In this document: piece by piece, positions 29,008 through 41,233 of the stretch
How positions within the stretch are numbered: the first letter of the stretch is position 1
How the letters are laid out: each line of letters starts with the position of its first letter
From: Trichoplax adhaerens
Lineage: Eukaryota > Animalia > Placozoa
Length of the DNA stretch: 64,000 bases
Reading direction: 5' to 3'
Assembly (NCBI RefSeq): GCF_000150275.1
Contig: NW_002060972.1
Location: 376,500 to 440,499, forward strand
Program-made: the position numbers and the translations under genes
Notes under the pieces: generated by a model
Database searches by the model: none
What the model was told of the DNA's origin: nothing
The model's input: only the letters and a program-made list of their open reading frames with translations

Positions 29008-31569
29008 ATTCTGTGAACTTACAATAATCGAATTGTCTCCATAAGTGATATTTCTAGTAGCAGTTACGCTATTATAAACTATTACACTGATATAAAAGTA
29101 CTAGCTCTAAGCCATTTCAGTGCCCCACTTTAGGATGGAGATATGCGATATTAACCAATGTTGATCTTAGCATTAACCCAAAATCCTACTTTAGGTGTGG
29201 TAAATATAATCAACTGATCGCTGAAGGTTGTCTTTCATAATTTATATAACTAATCTTTACTGACTTCACTTTTGGTAAAGAATTGTACGAATATTATTTG
29301 TCGATCAATATTTATAGGAGTAATTTTTAAAGTTGTTTTTGGCTTATAAATGAATATAGTACCGGATTGTCCTCATTGCAACTCGATCGATTAATAAATA
29401 TTGACCAATAATATGTACTGGAGATTATTTTTATATCGAAGTGACCTTTACATTTAATTTCAAAGTCTTATCATTTTCATGTATATCTCATCCTTATCCT
29501 TCAATTCCTTTAAGTCTTACTGCTCCATCTTCAATTAAATGCAATTCAGAAGATTTTATTATCTCAATAGAAATTGTATTTATCTTCCATATATATGATT
29601 ATTTTCAATTTGTTTCTTTTCTCCTCAAATAGATCAAGCCATGATTAAATATGGTTTAATTGATGGTATCTGATGAGATTTATTTGAAAGATAACTATCT
29701 TTTTGTTGATCTTTAACTTGGTTATTTTTAGATGGGATAGTATTACGAAATGATAGTTCATTTTTATTGGCATTAAGGCTTGGAAATGATTGCTTTCAGT
29801 CTGAATTTGCATCTTGTCAAATCTTTCGAGCTATGATTAATTGAGTGATAGCAGACAATACAATTAAGGAATCATTTAGCATTTAAACATCCGTTGGATA
29901 ATTCAATTTTCTGTCCCTCACTTTTTATTGTACAGGAAAATCCTTTCGTTCCACGTAATTCATATGCAAGTCATTAAGCAGCAATAAGTGAATCATTAAC
30001 GGATGAATTTTAGCATGACCCTTTGATATGTAATTCATCATTTAGCTTATATGAAGTTCTCTATCTCACTATAAGATTCTTCCATGACCATAGTCTATAT
30101 CATTTCCATATCAATCGTATGCCCGCCACTGAATTAAGTACATTACCTCATTTTATATTCATGTTGACTCCATTGAGTTTAGCTGAGATTAATGGATCGT
30201 TCATGGATGATATTTTAGAAGGATAATCTGATATTTCAATATTCATTCTTAATTATAGCAATCTCTATCCTTCTGATTGCATTGCTACAACTTACATCTT
30301 TTTCGAATGCTACGGATGTTATTGAAATAAATAGATTAGCTCGATCTATATTTATATCTACACAATCTGAAGAGCTATCATTCATGACCCCTAACTAATA
30401 GTATTTCTTGATTGCTATGCAAAGTCTATGTCATTGTTACGTCAAGTCAGGCATGCGATAGAAATGAACGGATCATCCCTGCGTTGCATCTCGATCTACT
30501 CCAACCTATTGAGCTATAATTGCTGCCTAGTTGATCGATCCTCTTTCAGGAGTATCATGTGAGATCTCAAGATTTATTTTGAATATTTTCGTTCTCCATC
30601 ATTGTCTATGATTGTATTGCAAGAGTCAGCATTATTTCCTCTGCAATAGCATGCATAGGATTGGATTGTTTGAGTCTGCGTTAGCTCAATTGGTTCTCAT
30701 GTCAAGCCGATTGAATGATCAAGCCTTTGATCATTCTCCCTTGTTGTATAGAATGAACTGGTTTTGGCTGGTGGCCTTGTCGACTGGATGTTTATTCTAT
30801 ATTAGCTACATTGATGATTGTCATCAACAATAGACGGACGATAATGATTTCAAGTCAATTGATCCACTAGTCGACCAACGATGAAGAAAATTTGCAATTG
30901 AATAGCTTAAAAAATAACCAATTGAACAATAAAAATAAACTAACTGGTTTAAATGCAACTTGATAAGCACCAATAACGGGATAAGATAAAAAAAGAAGGA
31001 ACAAAGGGATTGATGATTAATTAATATCTTATTTGATTGTATTGTACAACAATACCGTTATCTATTATTATCTAAGCAGGAACGTCATGCGTTGTCTTCC
31101 CACGTTCAACTCTAGGCTGGTTGATTGACAACATTAGGTCGCCGTCAATAGCAATTGTTCTATTCTAATCTATACAATCGTCCTATTTCTACTGACGACA
31201 ACTATTGCAAGCTAGGGTAATTATCAAGGCCGATGGTAAAGATTAATAATTGAATTTTGCTCGATGGTAACAATCCCAGCCTGACCAACTGTTTTTTTTC
31301 CCTTGGATGAGTTTTTTCCCTCCTCCCCTTCTCGATCATCGTCGCTAGCCCTTATGACTAGCGGTGACAATAAGAAATTCTTAGGCAATATACCTATGAC
31401 AAATCAGACTAGCGACTCCAACTCGTTATTATTCCAATCTTCCTGCTTGATCTAATGTAAGCCACTATTCAATCTTGTAGCTTGGCAGTATTTGATCTTT
31501 TTTTTATGCTATCGTCATCAATTTCCAGATAGAGAAATTCGATCATCAAGGTGATGATTTAATCATGTT

Positions 31570-33062
31570 GATCAGTATTCGATCGTCGTATCTAATATTA
31601 TCTTAATCACTTTGGAAAGAAGTTTTTTTGATCTAATTTTTTTTTGATCCTGGGCTTTATTTTCGCTCCTCTTTTTAGTGACTGTAATTAGCATACTTAC
31701 AGTTGTTATGATCATCGTGGCAATAGGATTGAGTAAAAACTTCTATTCTTTCCGACTTTTTTTTAGACCTTATTGAAATTTTTTTCTCAACTTTGCGCGT
31801 TTGATCGGTTGATTTTTTAATTAGCGCCCAACTATTGACTTGTAACATTAATTCTACTGTCTGTGACTCATCATTTACATCGCTTTTATCTAGCAAGAAT
31901 TGGGTTATCTATTCTATTGCTTTACTTTATTCCATCAATAGCATTAGGCAAAATAACTGGATACAAGGTAATGTCTACAGCAATTAGAATTTCCACAACC
32001 AACCGCGGATATTTTTTATTTTATTAATGTATCGGCTGATAGTATTATTTATAACTGTTAATCTTGTCCTTTTTCTACACCTTCATCTTAATTAATAAGG
32101 TTGAAAAAAGAAAATATTATTTCGTTGAATAACGGCTTCAATTGACAACGTTTGATGGCTTTTTCTCGACCTTTGGCCACTGATTGATCCAATACAGACA
32201 ACGGCGTAGAAAAAATTGGCACTTTTTTCCTGTAACGCTTGTTGTATTACTGGCCTTCATCAATTCATCTTCATAGTAAACCGGAGTGACAAAAAAAAGT
32301 ATTTGATCGCTTACAATTTCCTCTCAAGTTCCTTTTGCTCCCTTTTAACCTAATTGGCTGTGAAGCAATCCTGAAGATTGAAATAATATTCAATCATCAA
32401 TTTAGACAGAGCCATCGGATATTGACTTTATTCTTAATCAACTTGCTCCAGTGCGTTATACCCTTGAGCAGCAAGCGAACAACGTCATAATCTATTTCAA
32501 GATAGCTAACGTGGACACAAGATTCATCCTATCCTACGTCGATACAAGCAGATTCCCTTAGCAAAAATTATTGATATTAGTTCAATAAAAGGGACTAAAA
32601 ATATTTTATTTTCTATTCCTTGCCCATCTTAATCAGTTAGTCATACCTTGTATTAGCGTTTTAAGCGTTGATTAAAATCCGTTTTGAATTGGATTCTATT
32701 TATCGCTATCAAACAAGGTAATCCATTTGGTCGGTTAAGAAATTGGTTTTTATTACACTAAATCGCAATAATACGTTTAAGAATTAAATTGATTTGTTCA
32801 TCAGCGACAAAATCTTATTTTTCGTCATCGCTAATCATCGAAATTTCAAGTTAGTTCCACGTATTGCTCCTTTTGGTCGGTAATTGCACCACCACACTAG
32901 AAAATTTGCTTCCTATTGCAACCAGTCTGCTGCTAGTGATTGAAACTAAATTCGCATAACTTTACCTGGAAATAGTTCTTCTCGAATTATTTTTGATCAC
33001 TTTTTAATATCCATTGCTTGGATTAATAATTTGCAGTCTTGAGACTTACGCAGTATTTCAAT
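31570..33062 (+). other. Putative long 5' UTR of the glypican gene, with a candidate UTR intron 31968-32099 and a short uORF 32155-32187
   Basis: There is no + strand ATG between 32158 and 33062. A donor caag|gtaatg lies at 31967/31968 and a pyrimidine-rich acceptor ends at 32099. The uORF reads MAFSRPLATD*. The 5' boundary is uncertain. Confidence 0.5.
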
Positions 33063-36000
33063 ATGGCAATGAATCAACATCGATTGCTCTGTCTGTGTCT
33101 GCTTCTGTCTTGCTCTATGTATTTTATGGTCGCTACTGTGGAGGCTCGTGATCAGCAATGCTACAATGTTGCTAATCATTTTAGAAGTAAACAATTACCG
33201 ATTAATTCACATTCGTTGAATCCTATACCAGGTAAGTTATTTTATGTCGTTATAGCCTGTCGGTTTCATACTTTTAACTCTACGATTTCATTTTTCCGTT
33301 ATTGTTGATTGCGTATAGTCTTAGACGGCTAATATTGCACGCAGATCTAGATACGAAATGGTCTTAACTTTATTTCGTTATTCGTCTACCGTCTAAACTT
33401 TACTTTTTCATCATACCTTAAGACAAATCTTAATTTTTTCGTTTAACTTGATAATTTGGCTCGTACGGTCGGGATTAATACTATACATTTAATCATTTTC
33501 TGGAAGGAGATAAATTGAAACGAGGTAGAATCGAAAATCAATATCCATGCAGTCCGAGGGATAATTCGTGGAGATTGCTTACTCTCTCTAGATTAACATT
33601 AGCAGTACTTTATCGACTCACATTTACATTTCTGCCAAATACATCAAAATCATGAAGGGTTATTTACTTTACTGGGCAGATAGAATATATTTATTAACCA
33701 TATTCTCATGAGCTTAGTTCCATGCAATAATTTTTAATGATGCATTGCAGATTCATCTAGTTCTGGAAAATGCTCGATCAATTTCATTTCTGCTGTAATC
33801 TTATTTTCCAGACATAATGTACTTCCCGTTCTAATAACTAATAGATCATATATTAAATCATCATCTGGGTGATGGTATTTCTAGCATAAATTGCTGATTA
33901 GGAAATAGATTGCGCACATAAAATGGTAGAATATTCTTTCAGTTTTTACCCTTTTGTCTGGAAAATGATTTTCCAGACGGGGCGATTAATTCGTGAAATA
34001 ACGAAATACTTAGTCTTTCCGCACCTCTACTGTTAATCTATCCAAGATTACATCTTGTTACAAATTGGCTATAATATCGAGAAAATTAGTCTATGAAAGG
34101 ATAACAGTAAATTTTTTCCTACCCGATTCCGTATTATTTGATTTGAAAAGCATAGGATATGTAAAATAACAAATCTCCTATCCTTGCATCACTAGATAAT
34201 ACTGTAATAGCCTCGAATATATGATATTTCTACTATACAATGTAGATTGAAGCATCATAATCACAGAAGATTATTTTAGGGCTAGAAAATTTCACGGATA
34301 TGCTTAATAGTGTATATTAATTTAGCATAATGGAATAGCAGTACTTTAGAAATTTATTATCGGGTTGAAACTCTCAATTTTCTGAAACGTTATGTGATTA
34401 TACACGCTATTTGGATAAGTAAATATAGATGATTTTATTTGAATATATCTATATTATGAAAGTCTAGGCAATAAATTCAAAGTTTACGTCTGGAATAGAC
34501 AAGAATAAATTTATTCAGTAGTTCCCTTATGTCAGCCATAAGGCTTTCCAATTTTGATGTATCATTTAGTATAAACATTTGACTTGTAAGTGTTGCTTAA
34601 GTTGAAAGCAATAATATGGATAATTCTCGCGGTCTATTAAGAATGACAAAAAGGAATATCAAGGGGTTGCGGCAATTTCATAAATTCTTATATTAAAAAG
34701 AAACCCAGTATAACATAATAGACAGTTTTAAGTCGATATCTCTTCTATTTTACGTCTCAGTAACTGATCATTAAGTTTGACTAAAATGGTTTACTTATTT
34801 ACAATTAAAATTTATTTATAGAGTTAAAGCTGAATGTTAAAAAATTATCGCTAGACTATTTGTTGTTCAAATAGTAGTAGACGTTAGATTGTAAATAATC
34901 GTAGCTAGACAAAATTATTTATTCGAAAGTTCAAAGATTCACGAATAGAAACAATAGTTTTAGTGTCTTGATCCAGTTCCAGTTTATTCTGTGGCTTTAT
35001 AATAAACCAAGAAGCAGTTGCTTGAAATTATATCACTAAATGCAAGAAATCAAACCCATATTTACTTTAATAAAAAACTTCTATCTTGGGTATGATCTCA
35101 TCCAATGTTTATTAATATTTATTACTGATATTATTTCAACATCACATATCTTACTCATCCTAGACTCATTTCAGTTCTCATTAAGTAGAATTTACTTTCG
35201 AAAGTCAATATATCTATAAAATGAAAGCAATTGGAATATAATTTAGTTCTATAATATGATAAACGTTTCGATCAGCTAATTATTCTCTGGGCCCATGATA
35301 GTATTTCTAGATAAATTGATATAGGAATAATGTTCGGAAAAAGCTATGATTCCGAAAGGAAATGGTTGACTACTAATTACGATGTAGATATGGATTCCAT
35401 TTTCATACTGTAGTTCCTGTTATTAGCAATAAATCGATAAATACAGACAATTAGTTGTAGCTACTTTTCATTTAGTAGTATTTTTTTATTTTGATACCAG
35501 TTCATATCTTTTGATAATGGTCTATCATACTAGACAACCACTTAGAACAACAAGTCAAACTGTTCATTTCTTTCCATGATTTTTTCCAATGTTAAATAAT
35601 AAATAGCGTAAAAGACTAAATTACAGTGTTCAGACAATGTATGATTTTATTGTCTAGATGTTTAATAATGAAAGAAAATGCGTCATATCATTTCTAACAC
35701 TCTTATTTTTTCGCGACTTGACGGAAATATAGGAACTTCATTACAACATTGTACCTGTAAATGGACATGTTGTACGCGACAATCGGAGAAACTCCTTCAT
35801 GATCGAGTATTAACTGAATTAGCCTCAATCGGACCCAATGAAACTAATATTATGAATCATGATTTATCTACATTTATCACTGAATTTCAAGGTAAGTTAA
35901 TATTTGATCAATGGATACAAGAATAGAATAGATTTAATAATTTCAATTTAGCGATGTTTATACTTCGGACGAACTATCAATCGAGGCAAAACTGAGCCAA

Positions 36001-39000
36001 TAACAATTGAATCTATTTTCAATGTGATTTACCGTTGAAAATCTTTCTAACCAAATTATACGAGTTCAAATTGCTACTAAATGAAAATTGAGTCATAGAA
36101 TTGCAGTAAATTTCAGAACTTGATGAACGTTTGATATCTAAAGCGCACACGTATAGCCAGACTAGAAGAAGTGACAACTGGACAACGTACATCTACGATA
36201 TTGATCAGTGACATATAATACATATCAATATTCATCAACTGTAATTTTGGAAATATCGTTAGCAATTAGATATTGATGGTGTCGGCAATATTGATCTTTA
36301 ATTGAAATTTCGCCACTATTATTTTTCATCAGTTTCAATCGACTTTATCGTTAAAATTTGTTAGTTGCAATCCAATTTTAGCATCCAAATGTGTATAAAA
36401 ATTTATCACAGCATCTGTGAATTTGTAGCGCTACTTCACTATAAGTGTTTAACAATTAATTAACAATGCATGATAGCGAATGCCAAACTGGAGCACATAT
36501 ACATTTGTTGTCTTAACTTAGATTATTATGGACTTATAAGTCATTTGAGCTGACAGTAACAGAGCTAAACGGATGATAAATACGTGATCTTATCGTTATT
36601 AGTCAATATCTAATTACATTTCCTATAGGATATGAATTCTTGCTTAAAATCTTTAACTTCCTTCCGATGTTGAAATACATGTATCCATAAATGGATTATC
36701 TTGCCGTATATCTCCCTAGATCTTGACTTTTGCTACACTTCAATAACTATCATTTTCGCTGATTTTAAGATTAGCAACTAGCCAGACTTAGTTCTTAATC
36801 AAATTACAGATCAACATATGCAAGGATTACATGTGATAGAAAGGTGTATTTTCATTTGGCTTCCAGTGTTTTACGGCAATTGTTTACTTTTCAATTATGA
36901 ATCTAGAGTATCATTTTAACGGCACCTACTATCTAGATAGAAGTCTTCCAAGCATATTAGTCGACTCATAGAATTTTCCCTTTGCCTCAACTATGAATCT
37001 GGCACATAATAGCACATAGTTGGGCATTTTAGAAGCGACGATCAGGCTAAATTTGCTTTTCAAATTTATGATAGATTTCTTTATTAGTCAGTAGGTATCG
37101 AATTAAGTTTAATATATCATACCAAAACGAGGGCAACAATATTTACCGACCCTATAAATTTAGTTTTCTGGTTTGATCTCATAAAAATTAAACACATTTT
37201 TTAGTCAATTACTATCCAGTATGGACTCTGATATTGAAATTCTATTTTCTCTTGTAATATTCCAGATCTTATGATGACATTAAATGTAACATGGCTAAGT
37301 GTCGGCTAAGGGGATTCAAATTAATTTATATATTCCATATTTTAATATCATCCAATATAGCCTAATTCATTATTAATCTCAACCTGCTGACTTAAATACA
37401 GACTAAGCATTTGATGCTGTATCAAAATTCTATGCTTTCTATTTGGTCTACTACGGATTATATCATCAATTTTAATCCAGTATGGCATAGGCAGTAGTGT
37501 AAAATTTTTAGCTCTGTTTAGTAGTCACAATTATTAATTTACTACGATCCTTTATAGATTTAAGACTACGGTTTATTTGGCTACATTTAAAAGAAATTAC
37601 TAAACGGTTGCAATAGTAGAAAATTACTTTTTTATTAGTTTATTTTGGGAAAATTCATTTTTACCTCTTTAACATTTATTCCTCGAAATTAATACTGTAC
37701 TATTTTAATATTGAAATATTAGCTTTGGAAATTTGTTTTTATTACTTCATGGATAACTCAAGTTTCTTTATTTGCCTAAATTCCTGACTCGATTAAATTC
37801 AAATTGAGAAAGTAAATACATTGCAGTCCGTGTCTCTATCTTTTTTAATTTATTTTATAAAAGCCTCATAATAGCAGTTCCCATACAGCTAGATTTCGAA
37901 ATAGGAGTTGTACCGTCATGTATTCATGCCACAAGAATTAAATTTATTCTGTTCTGTTTGATATTTGCTACTACTGTCTCGTATATTTATAATTATTACT
38001 CTTTAATATTATAGCCACAGCCATCATTAGCCAATACGATCAGAGCTGTTGCATAAAATAATGTCTACGGCTTGAATTATTGATTTGTTAATTTTTTCTT
38101 TTTGATCACGTTATTGTATCCTATTATTATTTATCCCATTTACTTTCTACTGTATTTATCCATTGCTCATTCAAGTTAGTGAATGAAAAAAATTATTCGA
38201 TATCTTAGAAATTTAATTAAAAGTAATAATCAATCTATTGTTAATCTCGCATATAGCAGTTACTATTATTTGACAAAATTTTAATATTAATGATGAAAGA
38301 TGATAATTAAAGGGCTATCAAAAATAGATTTGGCAACTCTTATTTATCTACATATAGAATTATATATCGATATGAGGATAGTCAGTAGATGCACTGTATA
38401 ATTTTCAATATTATAGTATTACACAGTGTCTGCAAAACTGATGTAGCCATCAACGAGTTACGTTTTAATTAAATTTCTTGATGAGTCAAAAGCCATGTGA
38501 GTAAAAAGTGTCTAACTCTCGATTATCTCTCGCAATATTAGCATTCTTATCGATTGCTAGTACTTATTAAAACGTGACCATAGGGACTGTTATTGACACT
38601 TTATGTCTAGATATAAAAGCTATCAGACTAATGATGATTCATTCAAACGTTACTGAAGTTTATTACTAATGGAACAATACGTATTGATAGCGTGCTGATT
38701 TGTTGAATTCTATATTCTAGGGCATATTTCTAAGAATATCGACGATGCTGAAAAATTCATGAACTATGTTTATGGTGTTGCTTACCCTGATGTTTATCCA
38801 ATGAACAAGGATATTTTTACTCAATTTTATTCCTCTTTACGCCATTTTATGAATGGAAATTTAAATAATTTGGAAAATCCGCTGAAAGAGCTCTATACTG
38901 AATTAGTTGTTCGAGGTTTTAGTTATAAAAGTATCAAATTCGATTTTAATCCTAAAGTACGAAATTGTGTTAAGCAACTGATTACAACTAATGCTAAGAT

Positions 39001-41233
39001 GCCTGGTTATCCTGATAAAGTTATCGAGAAAACAAAACGAGTTATGGACAAGACACGTGGCGTTTTGGCTTTATTAATTCAGTTACGGAAACAAATTCCA
39101 GCATTAAGTCAAATGAAGGCCGGCCAAAGTTGCGATCGGGCTGTGGTCAATATGCATGTTTGCTCTATTTGTGCAGCGTTTAGTGTTCCACCCTGCAATA
39201 AATATTGCCAGCATGTATTAGCAGATTGTTATTATGACCAAGTCTACATTACTAAGATTTTCCATGATCTATCCATCAATTTAAAGCTATTAATTGAGCA
39301 AATATCAAGCCATTACAATATGAAAGAAGCGTTAGGAGAATTAACGAAAGATATTTCAATATTTGTTTCGGCATTTGATGCTTCACCTTCATCGATTACT
39401 GATCCGGTAAGATGAATAGCCTTCGAAAAAGACTACGTTGAAAGGTTTAGTCATATTAGTAGAATGTAATTCTTCACGTACATTATTAGCCAATATTATA
39501 ATCTGCTTAGTCATTATTAGTGCTGAAATTGCTAATTACCGTACTCTATTGTTTTATTTCATTGCTATAAACTAAATTTTAAAAATAAATTCACATACTA
39601 ATAGCTGCTCTATTTTAAATTAATAAAGTGTATGAATTTTCATTTTGCTAGATTACTAAGAACTGCAAGAGTCTACAGAATAAGCGGGAGAGACGATCAG
39701 CTGATAATGATTTTGTCGTTGATGGCATATCAAAAGATCAAGTTCACTTACGTAGTAAAAAAGCGGCCAATAACATGTTAGCATCAGCCGGAATTAAGAA
39801 TAATCGAAATGGTAGGTGGTATATTAGTTATGATATTGCTTAAAAAACTGCTGATCGATTGATTGAGACTGTTATTTAGTTTTACTTACACTCTCGTCTT
39901 AAATTTAGATAAGGCTTACGAGAAATTCTTACAAAATTTATCCAACGTATTGGAATCAGGTCAGTTCTCATGGGAGAAAGTCATCGATCGAGCATGCTTA
40001 TCTCATTTTTCAGCTAAAACAACAACGCAATGTTGGAATGGAACTGGTGTTGGAAGGTAACTATGAAGATTAAATTGAATTATATTTCATGTGATAATAT
40101 TGGTCTTGTAGGTATCCAGTATTCTTGCAGTACCGGTATCCAATTCTTCTCTAATTACGATATATTTCATGCTTTTATACTTATTTAACATTGGGATTGT
40201 GATATTATAATTGACTGATACTAAATTCGGTTCCATCTGAATAGTAGATACAACTAGGAACGATTTTAAATTTTTCGTATCTTAGTATCGAAGTTACTAA
40301 TGGAAAAATAATAAATTTAGTATCAGTTATTAATGAAAGCTAAATACTCAACACTATTTTGACTAGCTATGTTCTCTTTGATATAAGATAGTCATTAACC
40401 AACGATTTTGAAAGCTTGCTTCGATTAAAATTAACACAGATACAACGATGTTGATATGTAGTTATGCCTAGTAGTTATTTAAACGTTATGTGTTGCTATG
40501 TATCAATATTATCTAGACACTAAATAGAAGTTTTCCTCCTTTCAATAGTTTCTCTGTTTCGCCGACTTTTGTCTGGAATAATCAAATATCTGTCGAATCA
40601 ACCTATATCGCTGATAGACTAATTAAACTTATGGATACAACCATTAAAGGTATTCAAAATAAGCCTGTGGAATATCCACAATTAGAAATTTATAAGACCC
40701 CAGCATCAAGCGGTTTCAGCGGCAGCGGAAACCCTACTGATAACGACGATACGAGTGAGGACGATGATGATGGAAATGATGGAAATGTTAGTGGCAACAC
40801 GTCAGGTGGGTTCTCTGGATCTAGCGCTAATCCTGAGGTTAAAGGCAATACTGGCGGTACAGAAGCATCTACAACTGATAATACACCAACAATCATATTT
40901 AAGCCATTAACAGTAGCTACGCGATATATTGAAACAACAACACCACCGAAAACAGAGCTAACAACAACAGCAAACAAGCCTTCAACATCGGCGACTACTG
41001 AAGCTAAAACAACACAAAGTACTACGAAAACTACTACGAAAACTGTTACAACAAAATCAATAACATCTTCCGATACTACAAGGAAAGGAACGGTTGGAAA
41101 TCAAAATTTACAAGAGGATCCAACGACAACGAGTAGTGCTAAGGCTCATCGAAGTTACTCTACCGCATCGATATTACTCATTAGCGGTTTAGCTTATGCT
41201 TTACTCCATACAAACGTATTATCATCGTTATGA
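33063..41233 (+). CDS. GPC: Glypican (GPI-anchored heparan sulfate proteoglycan), about 668 aa, 6 coding exons
   Basis: Exons are 33063-33231, 35733-35891, 38721-39406, 39652-39811, 39909-40056 and 40549-41233; all introns are GT-AG with matching phases (total 2007 nt). The protein has a signal peptide (RLLCLCLLLSCSMYFMVATVEA) and the 14-Cys glypican pattern: CYNV, HC..WTCC, RNC, SC, VCSIC, PCNKYC, DC, NC, AC, CWNG. It also has a furin-type RERR|S site, Ser-Gly GAG sites in an acidic context (SSGFSGSG..DDDTSEDDDDG..SG) and a hydrophobic C-terminal GPI-type signal. Confidence 0.95.

Noticed and set aside
7956-31896. Short 60-88 aa ORFs in the left half
   Set aside because: Their lengths are expected by chance in AT-rich DNA, many use non-ATG starts, and they show no motifs or linkable splice structure.
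40690-40977. 95-aa minus-strand ORF
   Set aside because: It is the antisense shadow of the Ser/Thr-rich last glypican exon.
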